Assembly (NCBI GenBank): GCA_943787795.1
Contig: CALSNU010000001.1
Location: forward strand, 288,001 to 352,000
Reading direction: 5' to 3'
Length of the DNA stretch: 64,000 bases
From: an uncultured bacterium
GTDB lineage: Bacteria > Planctomycetota > UBA1135 > GCA-002686595
Shown here in pieces: positions 52,192-62,013 of this stretch. Both the position numbers and the translations under genes were made by a program. Within the stretch, counting starts at the first letter, position 1; every line of letters begins with the position of its first letter. The notes under the pieces are model-generated. The model worked only from the letters and a program-made list of their open reading frames with translations, was not told the origin of the DNA and made no database searches.

Positions 52192-53514
52192 CTACTCCTC
52201 GAACCGGTCCAGCCTCGGTGTGGATCGGAGGTTGAGGTCGCGGACGATGACTCCGGTGTCCGGCCCCTCGATGGCCAGGGAGCAGCCCGGGCCAACGAGT
52301 CCAGCGAGCGACGAGATGCCATCGAGGTCCCGCCGGATCGGAATCAACATGGAATCGAACAGATCCGCATCACCGGTATCGATCGAATGGAGTTTCCACC
52401 CGGCCCCGTCGCAGTCGAACCCGAGCGAGAACGTGCCTGTCCCGGTCTCCTCGCTATACGAGCCGTTCACGGCTCCCACGGTTATGGGCTGAGCGGAGAG
52501 GTGCAGGACCTCTCCCTGCTGGATCCAACTGGTCAGATAGTAGTTGCCCTCGGGGACGTCCGTGAACTCCGCGCTCTTCTTCGAGGGGTCCAGCTCCGTC
52601 GTGGCGAAGCGGCGGATCATGACGGAGTGCTCCGTCTCCTGAACAGAGACGAGGCTGACGCTGGAGCCAGTCCATTCCTCCCTGGAGGTGAAGAGCTGTA
52701 CGAGGGCTCGCTGGAAGGCCACCTCCGTGGTGAAGGTCAGCGACTCGCCCGGCCGGGCGGTGAAGGGGCGGGAGACCTGGGAGGGGCCAACGCGGCTCGG
52801 GGGCCGGGCTCGCACTCGGCCGCCGCCCAGCTCTTCGCCGTAGCCGACCCAGGCCGGGTGACCCGGGACGACCCGATGTCCCGGAGACGCGAGCACGAGG
52901 GGCGCGGAGTTCGTCGGGAAGACGGTCCACGCTTCGTCCCCGGGCTGAAGGGCTCCGGCGACCCCCTCCTCGGGGCGGTCCGCCTCAAGGAACCGATCCC
53001 ACTCCTTCGGGCTCCGGTCGAGGGCGACGAGGGCCTCGCCTGACCCGGGCCCGCTCGCGGAGACCCGGAACTGCCCCTGGACCTCCAGCGTGCCGTCGCT
53101 GGCGGTGTCGCCCTCCAGTCGGACAGGTGCGAAGGCGAAGCCGTCGGCCGGTCGGAGCTCCTCGGTGTTCCGGGGGACGGACAGCGCGCCGTCCGCCGCC
53201 GTGTCGATAGCCTCTGGGTCCGCGCCGCCAGGTCCGATGGGGAGGACCGCGCACTCGGCAAGGGCGAGGCCCGTGTGGGCATCGACCAGGCGGAGCTCGC
53301 GCGTCCCGGCCTCGACCCTCCCCGGCGCCTCGGACTCGGGGCTTCCGAGGCCTTGCACAGGGAGCACCGAGCCCATCTCCTCCGGGACCACAGCGGCGAC
53401 AGGGTCGCGCGTGAGGTGGTCTGGACGCGAATTGGACTCTCCGCGGAGAAGTAGCAGAGCCACCAGGATTGCGCCCGCGGCGCCAGCCAAGAGGAGGAGT
53501 TGAGTGGGCTTCAT
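52192..53514 (-). CDS. Membrane-anchored hypothetical protein (carboxypeptidase-regulatory-like beta domains possible)
   Basis: N-terminal TM; LRLVDAHTGLAL and FTDVPEGNY motifs; 440 aa. Confidence 0.65.
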   Translation of the reverse strand: MKPTQLLLLAGAAGAILVALLLLRGESNSRPDHLTRDPVAAVVPEEMGSVLPVQGLGSPESEAPGRVEAGTRELRLVDAHTGLALAECAVLPIGPGGADPEAIDTAADGALSVPRNTEELRPADGFAFAPVRLEGDTASDGTLEVQGQFRVSASGPGSGEALVALDRSPKEWDRFLEADRPEEGVAGALQPGDEAWTVFPTNSAPLVLASPGHRVVPGHPAWVGYGEELGGGRVRARPPSRVGPSQVSRPFTARPGESLTFTTEVAFQRALVQLFTSREEWTGSSVSLVSVQETEHSVMIRRFATTELDPSKKSAEFTDVPEGNYYLTSWIQQGEVLHLSAQPITVGAVNGSYSEETGTGTFSLGFDCDGAGWKLHSIDTGDADLFDSMLIPIRRDLDGISSLAGLVGPGCSLAIEGPDTGVIVRDLNLRSTPRLDRFEE

Positions 53515-53565
53515 GAGGTTCGGTACGTGCTGTCCTGGAAGTGCTGGGGCGGCGAACGATCGCGC

Positions 53566-54315
53566 CTAGTCCTGCATCGCAAGCGAAAACTCGATCGTGG
53601 CTATGGCTTCAACTTCAGCACTCGCGCTTCCCTCGGCGGGATCGTTCCCGGAGCCGGTCGTCTTCGCGATCTGGAGGGCATGCTCAGCTGCCCAGCCCAC
53701 GTTCACAATGGCCTCATTGGCTTCATGGGTCAATGTGGCGTCGGTGTCAGCGAGTTGCGCCGTCTGCGCTTCTGTTCCGTGCTCCTTGAGCGTGACGGTC
53801 CACGACCCGCCCCACCCAGCGAACGAGAACCCTGCTCCACCGGTCACGGCGCCTGCATGAGCAATGGCCAACGCGGTTCTTTTCTTTGCTAGGGCAACAT
53901 CATCGAGGATCTTGATCTCGACCTCCCCCTCTGCTGCAGCAGCCGCGTGACCGTGGGCATTCGTCATCTCCGCCGAGATCGAACCTTGGACCAGCGCTGA
54001 GCCGCTCACGTAGATCGTCTGGCCTGCCTTGGGAGCGCATGTCACCTTGTACGAGACGGCGTGAGCCAGGTGCTTCTGTGAGGCGACACCGCCGCCGCCA
54101 GCTGTAGTGTCTTCGATTCTGTCCTCGGTCGAGAGCGTGTCTCCGATCACAGGGGAATCGTCTGCCTCGGTAACGACCTTGATCCTCGGCTTGTTCATGT
54201 TTGTTGAGTCGTAGTCACACGTCACTCCCGATTCCGACTGGGCCGCGATGGCTGTGTGCGGCAAGGCGATCGAAGAAATCAGGAGGACGAGGATGTTGGT
54301 CAGGTTGCACTTCAT
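53566..54315 (-). CDS. Secreted hypothetical beta-rich protein, lower GC
   Basis: MKCNLTNILVLLISSIALPHTAIA signal peptide; Ala/Thr/Gly-rich; many A/T-ending codons. Confidence 0.65.
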   Translation of the reverse strand: MKCNLTNILVLLISSIALPHTAIAAQSESGVTCDYDSTNMNKPRIKVVTEADDSPVIGDTLSTEDRIEDTTAGGGGVASQKHLAHAVSYKVTCAPKAGQTIYVSGSALVQGSISAEMTNAHGHAAAAAEGEVEIKILDDVALAKKRTALAIAHAGAVTGGAGFSFAGWGGSWTVTLKEHGTEAQTAQLADTDATLTHEANEAIVNVGWAAEHALQIAKTTGSGNDPAEGSASAEVEAIATIEFSLAMQD

Positions 54316-54861
54316 GGCGATTACCGATGGTGAGTTGAAGGGAAGCGATGCGACAAGCTCGAGCGCGGCGAACCAGCGGTCCGGCGGCGCGAGAGATGCA
54401 CCCTCATGGACCGTGGCGTCACCGGTCAAGCGATCGCGCGTCGACGCCCTCCCTGGGAGCGCTGAGCAGGCCCTCCCTTCGCGCTTCCGCAGATCCGGGA
54501 GCGGACTTTGATGTGCCGTCGACTTATCCACAGCCGCTGGACGGACTGCGGTAGGTCGACCTTCAGTCGATGGATCGCGGGGAAGCGGCGCGCCCTGGCG
54601 GGCCTCCTTGCCCTCCGCCTCGCAGTCGCCGCGCTGCAGCGCGTCCTCCGAGGAGCGGGTCTTGCTGGCGATGGCGACGGGGACGACCGGACCGGCAGCA
54701 GACCGACAGCGGATACGACCGCAGTTGGGGCGCGAGACCCTGCCCCACGGTGCGAGGAGGTCCGATGGCGGAGGGCTCAACCGGCCAGCGGCGCGGGAGC
54801 TCGATCCGCCTCCAGGGGCCCAGGAATCGGGACTGGCGCCTGCGCCAGGGGGGATCGCGAG

Positions 54862-54937
<76 letters not shown>

Positions 54938-55043
54938 TCGCGAGGCGAGAGGGTACGCGCGGAGGCGCGGGAGCGCAACGGGCGAAGGCGGTCCGCGTGA
55001 GGGTGACCGCGCCGGTCTGGCGTGGGCCGGTGGGAGGCGCGGT

Positions 55044-55544
55044 TCAGGGGGCCGGGGCCGGCGCGACGGGGGAGGCGGCGGCGGCTCTCGGGGCGAGCTC
55101 GGGGGCGCGGCGCTCGGCGCGCGCGGTGATGGTGCGGAGGTCGTCCTCGAGGAGTTCGGCCCAGGCCTCCATGTACTGGACGGCGTGGTCGCGGTCCTGG
55201 TGGCGGAGCCAGCGGGCAGGGACGCGGGCGAGGATGCGCGGGTCGGAGAGCTTCTCCAGGTGGCGGAGGTCGCCGATGTGCAGGCCGAGGGCGAGCATCT
55301 CGTCGATCACGTGGTCGATGGCGAGGCCGGAGGTGGGGCAGTGCTCCACCGATTGCTGGGACCAGTCCCCGTGGCGCTCCATGGCGCGGCGGTGGATCTC
55401 GGCGGGGGAGAGCTCGGTCACCGTCTGGGCCAGGTGGCCGCAGATGCACGAGCCCATGTGGCCCCACTGAAAGTTGGAGCCCTCCCGGAGGCGGGCGGCG
55501 GTGGTGCGGAGCGCAGAGATCAGCTTCGGGGTCGCGGTGGCCAT
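55044..55544 (-). CDS. Conserved-looking hypothetical protein with a Cys/His motif
   Basis: FQWGHMGSCICGHLAQ...CPTSG; strong GC3 bias. Confidence 0.7.
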   Translation of the reverse strand: MATATPKLISALRTTAARLREGSNFQWGHMGSCICGHLAQTVTELSPAEIHRRAMERHGDWSQQSVEHCPTSGLAIDHVIDEMLALGLHIGDLRHLEKLSDPRILARVPARWLRHQDRDHAVQYMEAWAELLEDDLRTITARAERRAPELAPRAAAASPVAPAPAP

Positions 55545-55649
55545 GGGCTTATTGTCGGACAGGAGGGGGCGCTTCGGAAGAGACGATTCGCCGCGGGCCG
55601 GGCTCGGGCCCCGTTGGGCGGCCCCGAAGCGAGACCGCCCGGGTACCGG

Positions 55650-56027
55650 TCAGCGCACCCGTCGGACGCGGATGGGCCCCTTGGCCGTCGACGGGTCCAC
55701 GGGGCGGCTCCCCTGGGTGATCTCCACGCGCCCAGCGAGGACCAGGCGGCGGGCCGCACGGCGGGCGGGCTCCATGAGGGGCTTCCAGTCCACGGGTTCG
55801 ACCTCGCGGGCGGCCTCGGAGGGGCAAATGCTCGCGCTCTGTGGGCGAGCCGCCAGGAGCGTCTCGATGGCGGCCTCGAGGGCGAGGTCCACGGGGCGGA
55901 CCCGGCGCTTGCGGCAGGCGGCGCTGCAATAGCGCGCCGGGGTCGCCTGGTCCTTGGTGCTGCGACGGGGGGTCATGCGGCGCCCGCAGGAGGCGCAGTG
56001 GGGGTCGCGGTCTTGGTCGAGGGTCAT
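55650..56027 (-). CDS. DUF2256 + DUF3253 fusion protein
   Basis: CASCGR...RYCSAACR followed by SICPSEAAR...VEITQG...GPIRVR. Confidence 0.82.
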   Translation of the reverse strand: MTLDQDRDPHCASCGRRMTPRRSTKDQATPARYCSAACRKRRVRPVDLALEAAIETLLAARPQSASICPSEAAREVEPVDWKPLMEPARRAARRLVLAGRVEITQGSRPVDPSTAKGPIRVRRVR

Positions 56028-56090
56028 GGGGGCGCGGGCTGGTTCGCGTCGCCCAGGCCATTCGACCCGGCGGTGGGCGTGGAGGCGGTC

Positions 56091-56721
56091 TCAGTCGGGG
56101 GTGCCATCGCCCCAGCTCCAGCCGGGGGTCGAGGGCGTGTTGGCCCATGCGGTTCCGCGCGCCCCGCAGCTCGACGAGCGCCGAGTGGGTCGAGTTCTGG
56201 CTCCACTGGATGCCCCTGAGGAGCTCCCGGCCGTCCACAAAGGCGTCCGGGCTGGCGCGCAGGCCACCCATGCTCACCACCTCGTCCACGGTCACGATCA
56301 TCTGGACGCTCCCGCTGCGGCCGAAGGGCTCCTCGAAGCGCAGGGTGTTCACCGTCTCGAGGACGTGGTCCTCGTCGAAGAGGAAGAGGGCGGCCTTCCG
56401 GTCGGTTCCGCTTCTGCCGTAGGAGAACTTGAAGTAATCCCCCGCACCCGCTCCGAGGACCGCGCCGAGGCTCAGGCCGAGCTGCGACTCCTTCAGGCGC
56501 ACCGACTCATAGAGCAGCGCGATCTCTCCGCCGCGGGCGCCGAACTCCACCGGGGGGCCCAGAGCGGTGAGCACCTCGCCGAGAGACGCCTCGCCATGCT
56601 CGAAGCCGTCGCACCGGGCCAGGTCCAGGTCGTGGTCGATCCGGAGCTCGACCACCGAGCAGCTGGCGCCGAGCCCCGCCGCAAGAGCCGCGGCGAGCGT
56701 GAGGGGCAGGCGGCCGATCAC
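56091..56721 (-). CDS. Lipoprotein (SmpA/BamE-like), with a probable +1 error near the 3' end
   Basis: Lipobox GASC; EVLTALGPP; LFDEDHVL. Removing one G near 56112 gives a stop at 56091 instead of read-through over the next gene. Confidence 0.65.
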
Positions 56722-57080
56722 CGGGCTCCCGCGCCCTCGCTGACGGCGAACTCGGTGAGCACGCCCGAGTCATCGAAGAAGAAGATCGCCCGGTCGAAGT
56801 AGGAGCTCTCCACCCGCTGGTTGTAGAGGAGCAGGATCAGCCCGTCGGCGCGGGAGCGCTCCAGCAGGTAGTAGAGGGCCGTGCCGTCCTCCAGCGCGAG
56901 GACCTGGGACGGGACCCCCACGCGGTCGAGCACGTCGGCCCGGGTGGTGGTGCCCACCACGAAGGACGCGGGGTCCAGCTCCATCCAGACGGGCTCGATG
57001 CCCCGACGAGCGGAGTTGCGAATGCAGCCCGGGCCGACCGAAACGGCGGCGGCGAGGGCGAGGGTGAGGAGGTGGCGCAT
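56718..57080 (-). CDS. Lipoprotein (SmpA/OmlA/BamE-like)
   Basis: Lipobox GPGC; G.TTRADVLDRVGVPS; FFFDDSGVL. Confidence 0.75.
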   Translation of the reverse strand: MRHLLTLALAAAVSVGPGCIRNSARRGIEPVWMELDPASFVVGTTTRADVLDRVGVPSQVLALEDGTALYYLLERSRADGLILLLYNQRVESSYFDRAIFFFDDSGVLTEFAVSEGAGAR

Positions 57081-58672
57081 CACAGCAGGTCCCACTGGAG
57101 GTAGATGGAGGGGTAGTTGCTGCCGCCCTTGATGCGGCCGAACTGGGAGGCGGACTCGAAGATGGAGGAGCGGTGGTGGACCGCGACCCCGAGCCAGAGC
57201 GCCTTCATCTTCTCGGCGCTGAAGAGGTCGCCCACGTTCACGTCGAGGGAGAAGTCGAGGTAGTTCATGAGGTTGCTGGGACGATAGCCCTTCTCCTCCA
57301 TGCTCTGGCTCTCGATGTAGGTGATGTCCTCGATCCAGCTGATTCCCTCTGCCACGCCGAGCCGCGTCCGCACGGACCAGGGGAAGGTGTAGTAGAGGTG
57401 GATCTTCGCGATCAGCTCGACCGTCGCGTCCTGGACCTCGGACTTGTAGTGATAGGCGAGGCCGGGGCTGAGGTAGACCTGGAGGGGGAGGCCGAAGAGC
57501 TGATCGCTCAGCGGGTGGCCGTAGAAGACCGAGGTCATCTTGTTGTCGAACTCGTCGTCCTCGATGTCGAGGGAGAGGATCTCCCCCAGGTCCGAGGGGG
57601 AGGCGAAGCCCTGGGCCAGGCGGACGAAGGGCGGGGCGTCGATCTCCCGCTCCGTGCGCTCCTGCCCGGCGGGGCGGCCGAGGAACTGCGGCTCGCCGCG
57701 GTCCTGGAAGAATCCGAAGCCCAGGAAGCTCTCGAAAGAGCCCGACTCGTTGATCGCGTCGAGCCCGCGGATCTCGCTGCCGAAGGCGTTGTAGCGCAGG
57801 GCGCCCACCAGGTAGAGGTCGCTCACCAGGTGGTACCGACCCGCGACCTCGGGGGAGATGATGAAGGCACCGTCCGCGGATTGACCCGTGGCTGGCTCCA
57901 CCGCGTAGTAGCGGCTGATGAAGTCATCCGTGCCGTAGCGGAGGTTCAGGCCAGGCTCGAGGATCCAGTCCTTGCCGGTGAAGGTCGTCCCGCCGCGCAG
58001 GTTGCCGTACAGGTTGCCGCGCGGGTCGCTCATGACCTCGGCCTGCCACCAGAGGTCGCCGAGGTCCTTCTGGTACTGGAGGCCGAAGTCAGCGGTGTCG
58101 CCCTGCACCTCGTTCTGAAACTCCTTCGGGATGTCGAAGAAGCGCATGCGGGCCAGGGCGTTGACCTCCTCGTCCTCGTCCTTCCACAGGTGTGCGCCGC
58201 CGGAGGTGCCGCGGATGAAGAAGTCCTCGCCCTCGAAGAACATCATCGGGACGAAGCTCGAGACCGACTGGTTGCTCCCCGTGAAGGGGATGGTCGCGGT
58301 GCGGACCGCCGCCGCGATCCCCCAGTCCGCCTGGACGCTTCGAACCTGTGCGATCTTCTCGGCCGCGGAGAGCCCCGACCCATCCGCTACGGCTCCACTC
58401 GCCGGATCGCCTTCCTGGGCGGCGGCGTCCGTCGACTCATCCCAGGTGCCTTCGGGGCGGCTTGCGGTCCGCCTCGCCCGAGCCGCCGGCGCCGTGGAGG
58501 CCCGAGCCGGGACTTCAGCCGAGACCCCGCTGGGTGCCGAGGTGGGTGCCGAGGTGGGTGCCGAGGTGAGGCGGAGGTGCTGCTCTGCGCCCGGTTTGAC
58601 GGGCCGAACGGCGCCCGGGGTCGAGCAGCCTACGAGGGGGAGGAAGAGGAGAAGGAGGGTCTGCAGACGCAT
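57080..58672 (-). CDS. MipA/OmpV-family outer-membrane protein with a second barrel-like domain
   Basis: Lipobox VGC; FVPMMFFEGEDFFIRG; amphipathic beta strands; HHRSSIF...FGRIKGGSNY..IYLQWDLL end. Confidence 0.75.
   Translation of the reverse strand: MRLQTLLLLFLPLVGCSTPGAVRPVKPGAEQHLRLTSAPTSAPTSAPSGVSAEVPARASTAPAARARRTASRPEGTWDESTDAAAQEGDPASGAVADGSGLSAAEKIAQVRSVQADWGIAAAVRTATIPFTGSNQSVSSFVPMMFFEGEDFFIRGTSGGAHLWKDEDEEVNALARMRFFDIPKEFQNEVQGDTADFGLQYQKDLGDLWWQAEVMSDPRGNLYGNLRGGTTFTGKDWILEPGLNLRYGTDDFISRYYAVEPATGQSADGAFIISPEVAGRYHLVSDLYLVGALRYNAFGSEIRGLDAINESGSFESFLGFGFFQDRGEPQFLGRPAGQERTEREIDAPPFVRLAQGFASPSDLGEILSLDIEDDEFDNKMTSVFYGHPLSDQLFGLPLQVYLSPGLAYHYKSEVQDATVELIAKIHLYYTFPWSVRTRLGVAEGISWIEDITYIESQSMEEKGYRPSNLMNYLDFSLDVNVGDLFSAEKMKALWLGVAVHHRSSIFESASQFGRIKGGSNYPSIYLQWDLL
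58531..58566. repeat. Tandem repeat, 3 x 12 bp, encoding (TSAP)n in the MipA linker
   Basis: tgggtgccgagg repeated three times. Confidence 0.85.
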
Positions 58673-58763
58673 GGGGGCTCCGGCAAGATCCCAACCGCAC
58701 CGAGTCTAATCCGCAAGGGTCCCCTCGGGGCGAGGCCAACGGCTGGCCACCGCCCCGGGTCGA

Positions 58764-60593
58764 TCAGACGACCGCGGCGGCCTTCTTCTTGGCGCGCTTG
58801 CGCTCGTTCTCGTCGAGGAGGCGCTTGCGGAGCCGGAGGTTCTTGGGCGTGACCTCGAGGAGCTCGTCGTCCTCCACGTACTCGAGGCACTCCTCGAGGG
58901 ACATGATCTTCGGCGGGGCGATCTTGGCGTTGTCGTCCCGGCCGGAGGCGCGCATGTTGGTGAGCTTCTTCGCGCGGCACACGTTGAGCTCGAGATCGCC
59001 GTCGCGGTTGTTCTCGCCGACGATCATGCCGGTGTAGACCGCCGTGCTCACGGGCACGAAGAACTGACCGCGGTCCTGCAGGCCGTCGAGGGCGTAGGCG
59101 ATGACGTCGCCGCCGCGATCAGCCACGAGCACGCCGTTGGTGCGGCGGGGGATTGGGCCGCCGTCCTTCTCCCAGCTCTCGAACACGTGGCTCAGCACGG
59201 CCTCGCCCTGGCTCAGGGTGAGCAGCGCGGTCCGAGCGCCGATCAGGCCGCGGGCGGGAATCTTGAAGTCCAAGCGGGTCAGTTCGCTGGCGGCGTCCAT
59301 GTGGAGCATCTCGCCGCGCCGGCGGCCGAGATACTCGATGATGCGGCCGGCGTGCTCGCCGGGGACCTCGATGGTGGCGCGCTCGTAGGGCTCGCAGCGG
59401 GTGCCGTCCACTTCCTTGAGGATGACGTGGGGCTTGCCCACGGCGAACTCGTAGCCCTCGCGGCGCATGGTCTCGATGAGCACCGAGAGGTGCATGACGC
59501 CCCGGCCCTTGACCTCGAAGGCGTCCGCGCTGTTGGTGGAGGCGAGCTGCAGCGCCACGTCGCGGGTGGCGGCGCGCTCGAGGCGCGCGAGGACCTGGCG
59601 GCTGGTGACGTAGTCGCCCTCCTGGCCAGCGAACGGGGAGTTGTTGACGTAGAAGACCATCGAGATGGTCGGCTCGTCGAGGGCGATGGCGGGCAGGGCC
59701 TCGATGTGCTCGGGGTCGCAGAGCGTGTCCCCGATGCTGAGCTCCTCGACGCCCGTGACGATCGCGATGTCGCCGCACAGGACCTCCTCCGCAGGGACCC
59801 GCTGGAGGCCCTCGTAGCGGAAGAGCTTCTTCGGCAGGACGGAGAGCGGCTTCTCGCGGTCGGGGTGGGCGAGGGCGTACCGCCGTCCGATCTTCAGGCT
59901 CCCGCGCCCGACACGGCCCACGGCGATGCGGCCGAGGAAGTCGTCGTGGTCGAGGGTCGTGGCCTGGAACTGAACGGGGCCGTCCGCGTCCATGTTGGGC
60001 GGGGGCACGTGCTCGAGGATCTGCTGGAAGAGCGCCTCGAGGTTGTCGGTCTCTTGCGCGGGGTCCTCGGAGGCCCAGCCGTCACGGCCGGACCCGTAGA
60101 TGACGGGGAACTCGAGCTGCTCGTCGCTGGCTCCGAGCTCGACGAACAGGTCAAACACCTCGTTGAGGACCTCTTCGGGGCGCGCGTCAGGGCGGTCGAT
60201 CTTGTTGACCATCACCAGCGCCTTGAGGTTGTGCTCGAACGCCTTGCGCAGCACGAAGCGCGTCTGCGGCATGGGGCCTTCGAAGGCGTCGACGAGCAGC
60301 AGTACGGCGTCGGCCATGTTGAGCGTCCGCTCGACCTGGCCGCCGAAGTCGGCGTGCCCCGGCGTGTCGACGATGTTGATGCGCGTCCCCTGATACGAGA
60401 TCGCGGTGTTCTTCGCGAGGATGGTGATCCCGCGCTCGCGCTCCTGATCGTTGGAGTCCAGGGCACGCTCGGCGATCACCTGGTTGTCGCGGAAGGTGCC
60501 CGCGTAGCGGAACATCGCGTCGACAAGGGTGGTCTTGCCATGGTCGACGTGGGCGACGATGGCCAGGTTTCGGATCTCAGGGGCGGTCGACAT
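58764..60593 (-). CDS. typA: Translational GTPase TypA/BipA
   Basis: [53 protein letters not shown]. Confidence 0.97.
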   Translation of the reverse strand: MSTAPEIRNLAIVAHVDHGKTTLVDAMFRYAGTFRDNQVIAERALDSNDQERERGITILAKNTAISYQGTRINIVDTPGHADFGGQVERTLNMADAVLLLVDAFEGPMPQTRFVLRKAFEHNLKALVMVNKIDRPDARPEEVLNEVFDLFVELGASDEQLEFPVIYGSGRDGWASEDPAQETDNLEALFQQILEHVPPPNMDADGPVQFQATTLDHDDFLGRIAVGRVGRGSLKIGRRYALAHPDREKPLSVLPKKLFRYEGLQRVPAEEVLCGDIAIVTGVEELSIGDTLCDPEHIEALPAIALDEPTISMVFYVNNSPFAGQEGDYVTSRQVLARLERAATRDVALQLASTNSADAFEVKGRGVMHLSVLIETMRREGYEFAVGKPHVILKEVDGTRCEPYERATIEVPGEHAGRIIEYLGRRRGEMLHMDAASELTRLDFKIPARGLIGARTALLTLSQGEAVLSHVFESWEKDGGPIPRRTNGVLVADRGGDVIAYALDGLQDRGQFFVPVSTAVYTGMIVGENNRDGDLELNVCRAKKLTNMRASGRDDNAKIAPPKIMSLEECLEYVEDDELLEVTPKNLRLRKRLLDENERKRAKKKAAAVV

Positions 60594-60731
60594 CGGCGTG
60601 GCGGTGCTGCGTGGCCGGCGCAAGCCGGACGGGAGGCGGAGGCCAGGCGTCCCGTGATGGGGGCCTGGGTTCGGGAGGCCGTTGGGTCCAGGGCAGACCT
60701 GCCGGGCACGGGCAACCTCCCGCTCTCCCGT

Positions 60732-60785
60732 GTTCGAGGGCAAAGAGGTGTTCGAGGGCAAAAAGGGGTTCGAGGGCAAAGAGGG
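60732..60785. repeat. Tandem repeat, 3 x 18 bp (gttcgagggcaaagaggK), upstream of typA
   Basis: Units at 60732, 60750 and 60768. Confidence 0.85.
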
Positions 60786-61044
60786 TACGGACCCAACCCT
60801 CACACCGGAACCGCTGGCGAGCCATCTTGGTGGTCGGTCCCGTTCCGACCCTCCAGGGGCTGCGCCACCCAGTGGGTCGCTGGTCGTGCGGCTCGGCGCT
60901 GGGAAACCGTGGTCGGGCGGTCTCGATCAGGGCCCCGTGTCGCCTGGCTGTGAGCCGGCGAGGGCGTTCGATCGAGGCACCTTGCCTGCCTGTTGGGGTG
61001 GCCTCGGGGACCCTTGGGGCGGCGAGAGCGGCCCTCTGGCCGGC

Positions 61045-61080
61045 CCAGCGGCGGATCCAGCGGCGGATCCAGCGGCGAAT
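61045..61080. repeat. Tandem repeat, 3 x 12 bp (ccagcggcggat), just past the DDAH stop
   Basis: Units at 61045, 61057 and 61069. Confidence 0.8.
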
Positions 61081-61092
61081 TCCGTCGCCGGC

Positions 61093-61875
61093 TCAGTGGG
61101 CCGCTGGGCCGATCAACAGGGAGAGGCAGGTCAGCCCGGCCTCGGCCTTGTGGAACTCGCTGATGTCGACCGGGTGCAGGGGGTAGCCCACGGCGTCGAG
61201 CCTCTCAGCGGTCCTGGGGGCCGCCTCGGACACCACGAGCCGGTCGCCGACCTTGAGGACGTTGGGGCCCGCGGGCTCGTCGGGGTCTGCGTCCAAGACC
61301 TGAAGACCGTCGAGCCCCTCGGCGTCAAGGTCGAGGGCGCGGGGGTCGGCGAGGAGTCGATCGTCACCTAGCCAGGACAGCACGGTCTTGAGGTGGAGGG
61401 CGCCGCGCACGGGGACACCCCATACAGGCCTGCGCGAGACGTGGCGCAGGGAGGCCACTCCGGCCGCATCCGTCCGCGTCGAGAGCCCGACGAGGATGCG
61501 GTCGGGGAGCTGCAGGACATCGCCGCCGTCGAGACTCCCGGAGGGCAGACTCTCCACGGGTATGAGGTCCTCGAGGACGCGTCCGAGCGCAGCCACCTCT
61601 CCGCGCCGGCTCGCGGCCCCGGGCCGTGTCAAGACAGCACGCCCGGGGAGCGCGATGGCCGGGTCCTCGACGAAGCAGGCGTCGGGGAAGCCCTCGAGCG
61701 GTTCGAGCGTCATCACCTCGAGCCCCACCTCGCTCAACACCCTCGAGTAGGCGGCGTGTTGCTCCGCGGCGAGGGCCGGGTCGATGCGACCGCGCTGCAG
61801 GTGAGTCAGCTCGCAGTCGGCGAGCGAGGTCCCTGGGGAGCGGACGATGGCGAGGGTGCGGTCCTTGGTGTTCAC
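61093..61875 (-). CDS. Dimethylarginine dimethylaminohydrolase (amidinotransferase superfamily)
   Basis: FPDACFVED, SRRGE, LDGGD, LHLKT, EFHKAEAGLTCLS. Confidence 0.9.
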   Translation of the reverse strand: MNTKDRTLAIVRSPGTSLADCELTHLQRGRIDPALAAEQHAAYSRVLSEVGLEVMTLEPLEGFPDACFVEDPAIALPGRAVLTRPGAASRRGEVAALGRVLEDLIPVESLPSGSLDGGDVLQLPDRILVGLSTRTDAAGVASLRHVSRRPVWGVPVRGALHLKTVLSWLGDDRLLADPRALDLDAEGLDGLQVLDADPDEPAGPNVLKVGDRLVVSEAAPRTAERLDAVGYPLHPVDISEFHKAEAGLTCLSLLIGPAAH

Positions 61876-62013
61876 GGAGAAGCCTGGGCTCGGACCCGGG
61901 ATCGGAGAGGGGCAGACCTTACCCCGAGCGGCCACCGAGGGGACCTCGATGGATCCGGTCCCTGGCGCCGAGGGTCAACCTGTTTGGCTCCAGGGCCTCA
62001 GGGCTTCAGAGCC

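Noticed and set aside
54524..54532. Perfect DnaA box TTATCCACA near the tRNA
   Set aside because: Only one copy, with no box cluster, AT-rich unwinding element or dnaA/dnaN, so oriC is not supported.
55549..56090. Pro/Arg-rich extension of ORF 55549..56721 over the DUF2256/DUF3253 gene
   Set aside because: Best explained by one extra G near 56112; the extension looks non-coding.
60594..60803. N-terminal extension of TypA including the 18-bp repeat
   Set aside because: TypA homology begins at [12 protein letters not shown] (60593); the upstream open frame is probably incidental.
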